Source: Felis catus
Taxonomy: Eukaryota
Direction of reading: 5' to 3'
DNA: 64,000 nt
Assembly (NCBI RefSeq): GCF_018350175.1
Contig: NC_058368.1
Span: forward strand, 82,214,001 to 82,278,000
The notes beneath the pieces were generated by a model. That model was not told where the DNA came from, did not search any database, and worked only from the letters and a program-made list of their open reading frames with translations. Both the position numbers and the translations under genes were made by a program. Every line of letters starts with the position of its first letter. Position 1 is the first letter of the stretch. Positions 36,315 through 49,047 of the stretch are shown piece after piece.

Positions 36315-36490
36315 TGTTTTTAATTTTAATTTTTATTTATTTTTGGGAGAGAGAGAGATCAGGAGGGGCAGAGAGAGAGAATCTCAAACAGGCTCCACAC
36401 TGTCAGCGCAGAGCCTGATGTGGGGCTCAAACTCACGAACTGTGAGATCATGACCTGAGCTGAAGATGTTTAACTGACTGAGCCACCCAG
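36315..36490 (-). mobile_element. Can-SINE nested in old L1
   Basis: Typical body; flanking cagaacaa(g/a)cac repeats. Confidence 0.88.
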
Positions 36491-36907
36491 AACAAACACA
36501 TTTTGTATGAGTTTAGTCTTATTAAGTTTGTTGAGGTTTGTCTTGTGGCCTCAGGTACGGTCTGTTTAAGTGCTCCAAAGGCCCTTATTCTGATGTCGAG
36601 TGGAGTGTTTTATGTCAGACTCTGTTTGTTCATGGCATTGTTCAGTTTTCCTGTGTTCTTGCTGGAGAAGGTGGTTATTGACGTCCCTAATTATAATTGC
36701 TAATTTGCCGATTTCTCCTTCTAGCTCTGTCAGCTCTTGATTTATATATTTTGGTGCTCTCTTATGTGGTGCATACACATTTAGGAACATTTTGTTTTCC
36801 TGGTGGATTGACCTGGTTATCATTACATAATAGCTCTTTTGTTTCTAGTAATTTTCCTTATTCTGGAATTTACTTTATCTGCTGTTAATATAGTCTTTCC
36901 TACTTGG

Positions 36908-37836
36908 TTTTTTTTTCAATATATGAAATTTATTGTCAAATTGGTTTCCATACAACACCCAGTGCTCATCCTAAAAGGTGCCCTCCTCAATACCCATCAC
37001 CCACCCTCCCCTCCCTCCCACCCCCCATCAACCCTCAGTTTGTTCTCAGTTTTTAAGAGTCTCTTATGCTTTGGCTCTCTCCCACTCTAACCTCTTTTTT
37101 TTTTTTCCTTCCCCTCCCCCATGGGTTTCTGTTAAGTTTCTCAGGATCCACATAAGAGTGAAAACATATGGTATCTGTCTTTCTCTGTATGGCTTATTTC
37201 ACTTAGCATCACATTCTCCAGTTCCATCCACGTTGCTACAAAGGGCCATATTTCGTTCTTTCTCATTGCCACGTAGTACTCCATTGTGTATATAAACCAC
37301 AATTTCTTTATCCATTCATCAGTTGATGGACATTTAGGCTCTTTCCATAATTTGGCTATTGTTGAGAGTGCTGCTATAAACATTGGGGTACAAGTGCCCC
37401 TATGCATCAGTACTCCTGTATCCCTTGGGTAAATTCCTAGTAGTGCTATTGCTGGGTCATAGGGTAGGTCTATTTTTAATTTTCTGATGAACCTCCACAC
37501 TGTTTTCCAGAGTGGCTGCACCAGTTTGCATTCCCACCAACAGTGCAAGAGGGTTCCCATTTCTCCACATCCTCTCCAGCATCTACAGTCTCCTGATTGG
37601 TTCATTTTGGCCACTCTGACTGGTGTGAGGTGATATCTGAGTGTGGTTTTGATTTGTATTTCCCTGATAAGGAGCGACGTTGAGCATCTTTTCATGTGCC
37701 TGTTGGCCATCCGGATGTCTTCTTTAGAGAAGTGTCTATTCATGTTTTCTGCCCATTTCTTCACTGGGTTATTTGTTTTTCAGGTGTGGAGTTTGGTGAG
37801 CTCTTTATAGATTTTGGATACTAGCCCTTTGTCCGA
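36908..37836 (-). mobile_element. Young 5'-truncated felid L1 (uninterrupted ORF2 C-terminus, 3' UTR and poly-A)
   Basis: 207-aa open frame 37141-37764 ([17 protein letters not shown]...[13 protein letters not shown]...[10 protein letters not shown]). TSD CCTACTTG(G)TTTTTT at 36899 and 37837. Confidence 0.96.
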
Positions 37837-37962
37837 CCTACTTGTTTTTTATTAATGTCTAAAATGGTCTGTCTTTTCCATATTTTAAAACTTTCAGTCT
37901 GTTTATTCCATTGTATTTGAATGAGTTTCTCAATAGATAAGGTATTGTTGGATTGTTGGATG

Positions 37963-38167
37963 ATTTTTTTAATGTTTATTTTGAGAGTGAGTGCACATGA
38001 GTGTGGGATGGGGGGGTGGCAGAGAGTGAGAGACAGAGAATCCCAAACAGGCTCCATGGGGTCAGCATAGAGCCCGACGTGGGGCTCGATCCCACAAACT
38101 AGGAGATCATGACTTGAGCCAAAATCAAGAGTCAGACACTCAACTGACTGAGCCACCCAGGCACCCT
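37963..38167 (-). mobile_element. Can-SINE
   Basis: Typical body; flanking ggatga/ggatgc..ttttttaat repeats. Confidence 0.92.
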
Positions 38168-38692
38168 GGATGCTGTTTTTTTAATCCATTCGGTCAATAT
38201 ATCTTAATTAGCGTTGAGACCATTTACATTTATGGTAAATGTTGATATGTCAGGACCTAAGTCTCTCATTTTGTTATTTTCTCTGTTTCTTGTTTCTCTA
38301 TTACATTTTTCTTACCCCCTGATGGGTCACTTGCATAATTTTGAGGACCCGGTGTAGTTATCTCAGCAGCTACTCCAGGCTCTGCAGTGCATGCGGTGCT
38401 GAGGTTAGCTCCCGGCTGTCAGTGCTTGACTGCTTGTGACACGTAGGAGCCTTACTTCCCTTTAGTTCCCTTGCCTCTCCCTTCTTTTTAAGTATAATTG
38501 TTGTATGTTCTCTATTTATCTGAACACCAGATCAGTGTGTTTATTAACTTTGCTTCTGATCACATAGGATTTTTTTAATTCATCAGGGTTACCTATTTTA
38601 TTTTTATCCATTCTGTTGTTCTTACTTGCTTTCTCAAGATTTCTTCTCTTATAATTTCCTTTCTGCGGGGGGCTTTCTTTGCTCATTCTTCC

Positions 38693-38910
38693 TTTTTTAA
38701 TTTTTTTTTAATGTTTATTTATTTTTGAGAGAGACAGAGACAGAGTGTGAGCAGGGCAGGGGCAGAGAGAAAGGGAGGCAGAATCCGGAGCAGGCTCCAG
38801 GCTCTGAGCTGTTAGCACAGAGCCCGACGCGGGGCTTGAACCCACAAACCGCGAGATCACGCCCTGAGCCAAAGTTGGATGCTTAATCAGCTGAGCCACC
38901 CAGGTGCCCC
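38693..38910 (-). mobile_element. Can-SINE
   Basis: Typical body; short TSD ctcattctt. Confidence 0.93.
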
Positions 38911-39227
38911 TACTCATTCTTGCATAGTTAGTCTGCTGCTGGTGACAAATTCTCATCATTTTTCTTCCTCCAAGAAAACGTTATCTTCCCTCCTTCCTGG
39001 AGGATATTCTCCAGGATATGGATTGTACGGGTGACAGTCCTTCTCTTCCAGCACTTGAAGGATGCACTGCTTCTCTCTGGCCTCTCACAGCTTCAATGAG
39101 AAATTGGCTGCCATTTCTCTAAACACAAGTTACGGATAATTACTTATATGAGTGGTTTCTCTTTGTCTGCTCTTAAGATTCATTCTTTGTTTCTAGTTTT
39201 CAGAAACTGAGCTCCGGTGTGTCTTGG

Positions 39228-39547
39228 TGTCTTCATCGGTTCAGGCTGCTGTAACAACATCATAGACCAGGGCTTAAGCAACAGACTTTTATCTCTCGGT
39301 CTGAGATCGGGTGGTGGCAGGTTCGGTTCTTGACGAAAGCTCTCTTTCAGACAGCCGTCTTCTTGCCATGTCCTCACGTGGCAGGGGGAGCACAGCACAG
39401 AGGGTCTCTGGTCTCTTCTGACGATGAGGGCACTGACCCCACCACAGGGCCCCACCTTGGTGACCTCCCGGAGGCCCCTCCTCCTAACACCATCATGTTG
39501 GGGCTTCATATAGGGATTTGGGGGACACAAACGTTCAGTCCATGACA
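39228..39547 (-). mobile_element. MaLR solo LTR (MLT1A-like)
   Basis: ttcaggctgctgtaacaa...ggcttaagcaacaga...ggggacacaaacgttcagtccatgaca termini typical of MLT1A (recalled). Confidence 0.8.
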
Positions 39548-39897
39548 GTCTTTGGGCATATCCTGTTGGGTCTGTAGGTTTATGTCTTCTGCCTACTTTA
39601 GGATTTTCAGCCATTGTTTCCTCAAATAGTGTTTCAGTCCCACGTGCTCCCTCCTGCTTGGACTCAAGGGAGGGAGTTCTTTTGTTATTTTGTTATATTA
39701 TTATTTTGTTCTTTTGTTATTATCCCACAGGCCTCTGAGACTCCTTCTTCCTCTTCTTCTTCCTCTCCTTTTTTTTTTTTCTATTTTCTGTTTGTCAGAC
39801 CAGGTAAATTGTGTTCATCCGTCCTCAAGTTCATGGATTCTCTCCTCTGTCTTCACTTTATTTAGCCCATCCAGCAAGATTTTTATTTTTGTTATTA

Positions 39898-40137
39898 CAG
39901 TTGACCCTTGAACAATGCTGCTCTGAACTATGTGGGTCCACGGATATGTGGAGTTTTTTCAGGACAGTGTTGTAAATGTGTAAGAATACAGTATATAATT
40001 TATGTAACCTACACAGCATGTACTAATCGACTGTTTATGTCATCAGTCAGTCTTCTTGGGAAATCGAAAGTCGTATGCAGATCTTTACTGTGCAGGCAGC
40101 TGGTGCCCCAGACCCTGTGTTGTTCAAAGGTCAACTG
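39898..40137. mobile_element. Tigger2/MER8-type MITE (Tc1/mariner)
   Basis: TIRs CAGTTGACCCTTGAACAA / TTGTTCAAAGGTCAACTG (17/18 match), TA target duplication on both sides, 240 bp. Confidence 0.9.
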
Positions 40138-40553
40138 TACATCGTTGTAGAATTTCCATTTGGTATGCCTTTTTATGACTTCTATTTCTTTGCTGAAATT
40201 TTCTGTTTTTTCATTTCTTTAAAAAGAGTTTTTAATTGCTGTTGAATCACGTTTTTGATAGCGGCTTAAAATCTTTGTCAGATAATTCTAATAATGATTC
40301 ACCTTGACGTTGGAGTCTGTTGGTTTTGTATTTTTTAATATTTACCTTTTGCCAGAAGTTATATTAAGTTTCAGTAATCCGAAAATGATTAAGATGTCTT
40401 CTCTTCTGTCCGATAGCTCAACCTGTTGGAAAATAGAGACAGCTTTTTAACTGGGATGCCCAGAGGGTTAGGCCCCGGAGCTCCCTCCAGCTCTGCCGCT
40501 TCCTGGTCTCACGGTCTCTGGGCTTCAGTTTTCTCCCTGATGGTGGGGGCGGC

Positions 40554-40672
40554 ACGGGGGTGCCTGGCTGGCTCAGTTGGCAGAGCGTGCGGCTCTTCAT
40601 CTGAGGTTGTGGGTTCGAACCCCACGTTAGCTGTAGGGGTTACTTAAAAATGAAATTTTTAAAAAAAAAAAC
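40554..40672 (+). mobile_element. Short Can-SINE (tRNA head plus A tail)
   Basis: gggggtgcctggctggctcagttggcagagcg...gggttcgaaccccacg...A-tail. Confidence 0.85.
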
Positions 40673-40974
40673 GGGGATGGTATGGAAATAGTACCTGCTC
40701 GTGGACTGTGTGAGGGTTGCAGGAGAGAACCGTATGGAGTGCCTGCTTAGGCTGCTACCTGGCAGGTGTGACTGTTAAGGTCAGTTTGTTGACAGGGTCC
40801 TCTTGTCCTTTTCCTCTGATTCAGAGTTTTTTAACTATCAGAAAAGTAACACGTCTAGTCACAGCCTATAAATAAGAGCCAGTTCCTAGTCCTTCTGGCT
40901 ACAGATTTGCAAGATAAGTAACTGAACAAAATTTGTATAGCTGAAAGGAAGATTTACAACTTTAGCTGAAAATC

Positions 40975-41172
40975 TTTTTTTTTTTTTAATGTTTATTTAT
41001 TTTTGACATCAAGAGCACCAGTGGGGGAGGGGCAGAGAGGGAGACCAAGGATCCACATCATGGGCTCCGTGCCGACAGCAGGGAGCCTGACGTGGGGTTC
41101 CAAGTCACAAACCATGAGGTCATGATGTGAGCCAAATTCAGACACTAACCGACTGAGCCACCCAGGCGCCCC
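40975..41172 (-). mobile_element. Can-SINE
   Basis: Typical body; TSD agctgaaaatc. Confidence 0.93.
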
Positions 41173-41544
41173 AGCTGAAAATCATGTGCTTTCTATTTAA
41201 GAAGCATCCAATAAATTAGGACCTGTAGAGGTCACAATCTCCTTACCAAACAGGAAGCGGAACCGCCACAAAGAGTGCACGTGCTCGGAAAGGACAAATG
41301 GGACCTCTTATCGCATGAAACTTCCCTGCTGCTTACAAGTAAAATGGTCACCATAGGGCGTTGTCTCCTCAGAAAGCTTTAGGAACTTTTCTTCAGTGTT
41401 TTTCCCAATGAAAGTCCAGTACACATATGGGTCCCATTGACATTGTTCAAACTTAGTTGTGAAACATCATGTTCACCAAGAGTTTGACGGTGTGGAAAAG
41501 ATGTTCTATGTTGTGTTAAGCTGTAAAACAGAGAGTCAGGTCAT

Positions 41545-42190
41545 AGGACAGTGTTTCCTCAAAAGGGTTAAACAGAGTTGCTGTAAGACTCAGCTGTTTC
41601 GCTCCAGGGCATTGACCCAAGAGACATGAAGATGTCTGTCCACACAAAACCTGTGTCGGAGGTGAGGAGAGCACACAGTGTTCATGTCCTTAATGCCACA
41701 GATTATACACTTGAAAGTGGTTAAAGTGGTAATTTTATGAATAATTTACCACAGTGAAAAAAAAAACTTGCACATGAATGTTCATAGCGGCATTATTTGT
41801 AATCGCTAAAAAGTGGAAACAACTCAAATGTCCATTAGCTAATGAATGGGTATAGTGTACTGTGACCACACAGCGGAATGTTGTATGGAGCCCTGACACA
41901 GGCCATGACAGGGTCAACCTTGAGGACATCACACTCGTGGAGGAAGCCGGACACACAGGCTCATGTTATGTGATTCCATTTATGTGAAATGTCCAGAATA
42001 GACAAATCCATAGACAGGAAGTCAGTCAGGGGCTGGTGGGGGAGCGGAAATAAGCACTGATGGGTGTACATCTGCTCTAAAATGGGTGGTGTTGGGTGCA
42101 CCTCTGCAAGTGTACTCAGAACCACTGAGCTGTGTGCTTTAGAGGGGTGGATTGTGTGGATGAGAATCCTGTTTCAGTAAAGCTGTTAGA
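41545..42190 (+). mobile_element. Old L1MB-like 3' region
   Basis: aatgttcatagcggcattatttgtaat...aaagtggaaacaactcaaatgtcca...tgattccatttatgtgaaatgtccagaatag. Confidence 0.75.
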
Positions 42191-42249
42191 AGCTATATAC
42201 AGTATCACTTCAACTAAAGAAGAAAACGACTAGAAATATGTCTATTCAT

Positions 42250-42312
42250 GTATATAATGTACATATATATGTGTGTATATATATATACACACACACACAC
42301 ACACAGACACGT
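42250..42312. repeat. Compound (TA)n(CA)n microsatellite
   Basis: tatatatatatacacacacacacacacacagacac. Confidence 0.9.
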
Positions 42313-45083
42313 ATGAATAAGGGGTTAATAATGATTTTCTCCTAGTAGAGTGATAGATTAGGATAATTTTATTGTCTACTATTGTATACTTTTCTCTATA
42401 ATTTGGGAAAACCCCTTCTAATTTTGATTACCGGGAAAAATTTACAGTAAACAAACTAAAGAAATAAAATCCGGGATGATGTTAATACCAACGTTGGCTT
42501 TTTATTAAACTCTGGTCAGAATCGATCTTTTCTAAAAGAAAGAATTAACTTCTTCCTCTTGCCCCGACAAGTATTTCACAGTTAAGTAACAGAACACAGA
42601 GGCTATGATAATACTTTTTAAAAATAGTGATTTGAATTATTAACATCTTGCCAAGATCATGAAAATTCTAGAAGGTAGTATGGATGGATTTGTTTATAAT
42701 ATTGAAGACAGGGGCCCTCAGCTCTAAGCAGAGCAGAAATTCCAGAAGCCATAAAAGATAGGAGAAGTGATCAGTGTTACTGCATGGAAGTTTTGTACCG
42801 TGAGTGTGTAAATATGCCTGCGCACATGCACACGTCCCTGTGCTTGTAAACACACGTACGTGCGTACCTATGCGTGCATGTGCTCTGGAACTTGTACCTG
42901 GGCACATGGTAAGCAGGCCAAAGACAAATGGGAAAAATATTTGTAAACATGTTAAAGCCAGTCAAGTTACTTATTTCCTAAAGATCTGCAAGTGAAAGTT
43001 GGAGGAACCCAGCTGTGTGGGCAGCTGGTGCAGAGATGAGGAAGTGCTCGCCCCGGCCTGGAGGAAAGGCAGAAGGCACCTGTACCTGTCACACCGCAGA
43101 CCTGTAGGAGCAGGGTCCCCTCTGGGGTGCGATCGGGAGCAGCGTCTGCCTAAGCTGGGCTGCCACACACACATGTTCTTGGAGCAGCCCGTCCGGCACG
43201 TCAGAGCCTGTGGCAGCGGAGTGTCTGCCTGAGGAAGGGGTGGCGATGCCTGCTTCACAGGGCGAGGCTGGCACTCGCGTAAGAACTTTGCCCAAACCTG
43301 GTGGATGGAGAGATTGAGATGCAGAGCGGTGTCGTCTTCACCGTGGGCATGAATAGGAAGTGTGTGCGGGTGCACAGATGTCCCTGGGGCCAGGTTGTCT
43401 TCACAGAGATCTGGGCTGTCCATGGCTTCCACTTTTCACGTGGACCTTTGTCAGCTGTCTGCACCTTCCCTTCCTTATGGCGTATTTGGTTTGCAGTGAG
43501 GGGGGGGGGGGGCGCGTGACGCCCTGGGCAGGGGATGGCAGGGGGTCTGTGTGGTGGCTGGGAGCACGGGCCCCAGAGCCAGGTGCCAGCACGTGGCCAG
43601 GAGCCACAGCTTCACCTCTGCTCCACATTCTCATCTGCGGATGGGATGCTTCCCGCACTTGTCAGGAGAAACGCACCAAGACTGGAAGTCGTGTGTGCAG
43701 CCGAGTGCGGCCCAGTGCTCTGGGCATGGAGGAGAGCAGGGTGTTTGGGGAGGACAGTGCTGAATACGTGAGTGGTCACCCGGAAGGTGTCTAGTCAGAT
43801 AAATGCACGCACAGGGTGGGAGTGGGGTGAGGAGCAGCGAGCAGCAGGTGGCCACGCCAGGTTGGCAGGGCCTCTGGGTCGCAGACCTTGAGGCCCAAAC
43901 GTGAAGGACGCCATGGGGGACGTGGAAACGTGCCTTCAGGGAGCGGAGGCTGGTAGAGGCGGCTCTGTGGGTGAGGGACGGGGGAGGCTGCGGCCGGGTG
44001 GAGGAACCTGGACTCATTGTCGTTCTGGCTTCTGTGGTGCATCAGAGACCAGTTAGGAGGCCGGTGGAGCCATGCGGGGAGGCGGTGGCACCGAGGAAAG
44101 GGGTGACAGGCACAGGCCAGGCTCCGGATGACTGCGCTAGTGTGTGAGCGAGCCGTTAGTTCCCCGGGGTGGGAAGACCGGCCGGGAACTGAGGTACACC
44201 CAGCCTGCTTTGTTCAGCGCCCCGGGCACGTGCCTGTCCCTGCCTGGTGACCCCGCGTGGAGCCCTCTACCACAACTGCTCTTCGAGCCCAGCTTGTTCT
44301 GAAGCCCCCATGGAACCACTCTTGTGACTTGACATCCATGTCCACTGTTGCCTGACTGCGGTGATGAGTCCTCTGCCAGTAATCAGATCTGTATTCTCCC
44401 ATCGAGAACTTTTAAGCCAGAATTTTGGACTAAATTGTTTCCTTAATGTGATGGAGAACTAAGTTTCTAAAGACTAAATTGAAATAAGTAAAAAGTACAT
44501 ACAAACAGTGCCTTTCTTCTGAAAGTCTTCTGGCTGGGATCTTAAGAATACGTTCTGAGATGTAAACAGTGTATTCTAAAAAGAGTTTAGCACAAAATCC
44601 TGTTCTCCATTAGACATGAAATGTGGTCATGTCCGATAGACATGAAATGCGGAGTTCTGGCTTGGGTGACAGACTGTTTTGCCGCAGGTCACTGGAGTTC
44701 TGTGGCCATTGCTGAGCTGCGGGGTGATGATTGCCTCATGAATTTCAAGGGGGTCAGCTTAGATCCTGGCGTGGAATGTTATTATCAGCCACTGAGTGAG
44801 ATGTATAAGCTACAGTTGTTATAACCTGTGTGTAAGGTGTATTGCTTTAAAGTATCCATTGCAGAACAACAGTTTCCATATTTGATTCAAATAACTTAAT
44901 TTGAACCAAGTTATTTAGAACTAATGTGATTTTTAGGTTTTATTTTAGTACCTGTAAAAATGTATGTGATTTGGGAAACTTATGTTGTAACATGTCAAAG
45001 ATCAAGTTGAAAGCCCATTTTGTTGGGTTTCAGGGAAATGTGGAGGTGAAATAATGTCCCTTTTTTCTTTCCTTCTCTCCTAG

Positions 45084-45279
45084 CATTGTCATGGAGACTC
45101 TGCGGATACTGGCTTTGGTGGGTCAGATTCTTTTCTCGCTGGCCGCGGCTTTTCTCCTGTGTCTCGTTATAAAGACTTACCTCATTGGACCGTATTATCG
45201 AAAACTGCATATGGAGAGCAAAGGGAACAAAGAAATCCTTATCGTAGGAATCTCTGCTTTCATCTTTTTAATGTTAACG
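45084..45279 (+). CDS. TMCO3: TMCO3 exon 9
   Basis: ctcctag|C...ACG|gtaatc; [19 protein letters not shown]...[31 protein letters not shown]; 196 nt, phase 2-0. Confidence 0.96.
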
Positions 45280-45739
45280 GTAATCCTCAAAATGCCTGTT
45301 ATTTACATATTCTGACCTGTAATCTGTTCCCTGAGAGCTTATGATCCGTCAGTTCTTTATCTTGTCACTTCAGTGGTAGTTAAAATAATTCGAAACGCAT
45401 GGCATTTTTATTTTATGCACAGTGGCTACACTGCCCATGATACATACCCAGTAGATTAAACCCGTTCACTCTCAGCCTCTTGAGCCCTTTGCTGAAACGG
45501 TACCTCAAGCGTTGCACACAGGCAAGTCTGGGTGGCCTTGAAAACCATGTAGTCTCCAGCGTCACCAATGTTACGTGGTCTTAAACTTAAAAACAGCTTT
45601 GTACCTGAAACCATAATAACAGTTTAAGACAATTTTTACTTCTATTTGGTGACAACAAAGCCGGTCAGCAGTATAACTTCTTTCGCCACAATGTGAGAAG
45701 TTGAAGATGAAAATAAAAGGTTCGTTTTGGAAGCAGCCT

Positions 45740-46280
45740 TCTCCTTTAAAGGATGTGCTTCTGAGGGATGGGGGGGTATGCTGTTAGACCCCCACAGACA
45801 GCTGCGCTGCTCACCACGTGCCCCTGAGGAGGGAAGGCGGGTTCACACAGAAGCTCCCGCGTGAGTGTTCCTAGCAGCCAAACGCCACCCAGATGTACTT
45901 CAGCAGGTGCCTCCTTCTGCCGGCCTCGGTCCGTCCACACCAGGGAAGGCCACCCAGGTTGGAAACGATTGTACGTGAGTCTCCAGAGAGTTCTGCTCTG
46001 CTGAGCAAGAAAAGCCAGTTCCAGAGGTTGCATACTGTGTATTTCCATTTGTGTGACATTTACGATGAAAAATTTCAGAAATGGAAGGAAGGTTGCCAGA
46101 TGCCAGGTGTTAAGGGGTGGGGGTGGGGGGAGGGTCCTTGTGACAGAAGGTTGTGTGTGTCTTCACTGTGTTGCGTCTGTATCCTGGCCGTGATCTCGTG
46201 CTCTGATGTAGCAAGATGCTGCCACTGGGGGAGCTGAGCAAGGGTATGTGAGGTCTCTGTGGTTCTTAGAACTGCAAGGG
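45740..46280 (+). mobile_element. Old L1M 3' region remnant
   Basis: aaaagccagttccagaggttgcatactgtgtatttccattt...ggttgccag; degenerate. Confidence 0.6.
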
Positions 46281-46769
46281 GTCAGTCAGCTCTTACCTCA
46301 AAACCGGAAAGGCACAGAAGCTACTTCTTGTGTAGGATTTAACTACTGACTAGTGTTTTGTAATCTTGGGAGACTAGGATTTGCTTCTGCTCAACGCTGC
46401 CCGTGTGTGTGACTTATTTAATTTTTTCACATCGCTTTCTCCATTCTGGACTATTTTTCTCTTTAAAAATGACATCCAGCAAAATTCTTCTCTGGATGAC
46501 TTCCATGTTGTCTTCCCAGTGGCTACACAAGTTAAAATAGTTCTCTATTTGTTTGTTCTGTTTTCTTTCTTTGACACTGTTTCCTGAGCAGCAGCTGGGA
46601 CCACCCGGCATGCTAGGTGCTGGCATCCTGCACGACAGAGAGTCTAACAGCTCAGGCTCCGCTGTTGCAGTGCATTACACCCCCCCCCCCCCACCCGGGT
46701 GAGCTCTGTTGTAGGTGTGCGCTAGCCTCCGGGTGAGCTGTTTTTAACATAGGTTTGTTTGTTTGCTTA

Positions 46770-46935
46770 TTTATAATGTTTTTATTTATTTTTGAGAGAG
46801 AGAGAGGGAGACACAGAATCCAAAGCAGGCTCTGGGCTCTGAGCTGTCAGCACAGAGCCCAACGTGGGGCTCGGACCAACAAATGGTGAGATCACGACCT
46901 GAGCCAATGTCAGATGCTTAACTGACTGAGCCCCA
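46770..46935 (-). mobile_element. Can-SINE
   Basis: Typical body, followed by an antisense L1M 3' remnant (~46935-47130). Confidence 0.9.
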
Positions 46936-47544
46936 GCCATTTCAACCCTTTTGAAGTGTACAATTCCGTGGTTTTCAGCATATTCACAGCACTATGCAAC
47001 CATCACCACTGTCCAATTCCAGAACATTTCTGCCCCCCTCCCCCCCCCCACCAAATCCACATCTCTGAATCTTGCCTGCCCTCCCCCATCCCATAGTAAC
47101 CACTAACCTGCTTCCTGTTCCCATGGATCTGCCAGGGTTCCGGCCCCTCTGATGTGGCATGACCTAAAGGGTTTGTCTGTGCTGGGGTGCGTTTCAGGAT
47201 TTTGCTCCTCTCCTGGCTGAAATCCCATGTCACAGAGATCTCAGTAATATCTGCCAGCCTGTAACTTGCCCTTTGATTATCTCAGTGGCATTTTTTGATG
47301 AATGGAAGTTCTTCCTTTTAATGTAGTCGCTAGTTTCAAATTTTGTGCAGATAGCACTTTTTATATCCTGTGTAGATCTTTGCCTCCCCCGTCCAGAGGC
47401 GCCCGTGTTGCTCTCCAGCACTTCCTACTCTGCTCTTCTCACCAGATCTGCGTCCATCTGGAGGCATGTGGACAAGGGTCCGTGTTGCCATTACGTGTTT
47501 CCACATCACATGGCGGTACAGTGTCACCTCGTCAGAAGCCACAA

Positions 47545-47945
47545 GCGTGAGCATGTGTGTATGTGTGTTTGTGTGAGTGTGCATGCATGGGTGTATGAGC
47601 ACAAGTGAGTGCATGAATGTGAGCATGTGTACCCAACTGTGTGCGTGGGCGTGTGCACTAGTTTGCATATGAGTGCACGAATGTGAGCTTGTGCACGTGA
47701 GTGGGCAAGTGTTAGTACAAGTGTGCATGTGAGTGCATGGGCACGAGTGTGAGTGCATGTCTGCATGCGTGAGTGTGGTGCGAGTGTACATGTGGGTGCA
47801 TGAGCATGAGTGTGCATGAGTGTGTGAATGTTAGCATGCACGTGCGCATATGCAAAAGTGTGTGGATGTTAGCACAAATGTGAGTGTAAGCAAAAGCACA
47901 TGAGTGCGTGTGTGAGTGCATGAGTGTGCCTGTGAGTGTCTGAGT
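47545..47945 (+). repeat. Degenerate (GT/GCAT/GAGT)n low-complexity repeat
   Basis: About 400 bp of gtgtgagtgcatg-like units. Confidence 0.9.
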
Positions 47946-48896
47946 CCCCACTCTCACCTTTGCTGCCCGCCTGCTCTTACCGATAATGCTGTGCCCGGCA
48001 GCCTTCTCCAGATTGTCCGGCTGCGTTCGTGTGTCCAGCACCCATGCGAGTTTTTGGATCGGGCTTGTCAGTTTGCACCCGCGGCTGCAGGGACTCTGGG
48101 CCCTTCGAGGGAGAGCTCGCGCGTTGGCGGCTGCGAGCCGCTGGCCTGTGGGCATGTGCTGTGCACGTCTCAGCCCTCGTGCGTGCTTCACAGCAGAGCT
48201 TTGTGGTGTGACAGTCGTGTGTTCTCCTGGGGGACTTGTCCCCATTGCTGGGTGTGGTTGGTGCTATTGTGAACCATGTTTCTTTGACGGTTCTTTCTGT
48301 TGGCTGCTCTCTTCTGTGTGTGGTTTTACTTTCTCAGAGTGAAAAACGTCTACCTCTTTCCGGTTGTTTTGTGTCACTAACACCTGAAGCTTTGCGTTTA
48401 ACAGAACTGTCATTAGAAGCCTGAGTGCTAGCTCGGACCGCGTCCGGCTGGCATGGATGCGCTGGCACTTCCCTCTGGGGCCCTGTGTTCTCAGGGCCTC
48501 CCTCCCTCACTGGAGTGTCCTTCTCTAAGTGCTTTCAGTTGGAGACGGGAAGAGTTTTTACATTAACACATGACTTAATGCCATAGTTGGGCTGTTCACT
48601 GAGTCCAGGTAAAGAAAATCTATCACAAATATTTAAAATAAATTTTAAAAACTATTGTTGTTCAAAAATTTGAATGATTGTTTCAAATATTTAAATTTTT
48701 TTCTCCCTGAATGGCAGGTTCAACTAATGTTAGCTTCCTTGTGTGCATCTCGGCTCGTCCCCACAGAGGCCCTTCTGGAGACGTGGAGATGGGCCTTCGC
48801 TGTGATAGTACAGCTGCCTTTGGGCATGAACCCGCCCTGAGCGGAGCTGTCGCTGGTGCGCTGGAGAGTGATGTGCGGCCCTTCCCTTCCGCCTAG

Positions 48897-49047
48897 GTCA
48901 CAGAGCTGTTGGATGTGTCCATGGAGCTGGGCTGCTTCCTGGCCGGGGCGCTTATCTCTTCCCAGGGCCACATGGTCACCGAGGAGATCGTGTCTTACAT
49001 CGAGCCCATCCGTGACTTCCTGGTTATCATTTTCTTCGCCTCCATAG
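48897..49047 (+). CDS. TMCO3: TMCO3 exon 10
   Basis: gcctag|GTC...ATAG|gtaacc; [24 protein letters not shown]...[16 protein letters not shown](G), with CPA2 S..LG.FLAG and FF.SIG motifs; 151 nt. Confidence 0.97.

Larger units (their letters stand above)
34700..40330 (-). mobile_element. Long old L1 (L1M) spanning ORF1 region, ORF2 endonuclease and start of RT; host to several nested elements
   Basis: Minus-strand remnants FLNVYAPHKRAPKYINQELTELEGEI (EN domain) and LPKSCYEPSITLTPKP...SLMNSDPKLLNKTLAN..QQRIKRII...QVGFI (pre-RT), with many stops. Confidence 0.85.

Noticed and set aside
40554..40640. tRNA-like A/B box sequence
   Set aside because: It is the tRNA-derived head of a Can-SINE with an A-tail, not a tRNA gene.
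47336..48272. His/Thr/Met-rich ORFs
   Set aside because: Translations of the (GT/CA)-type repeat.
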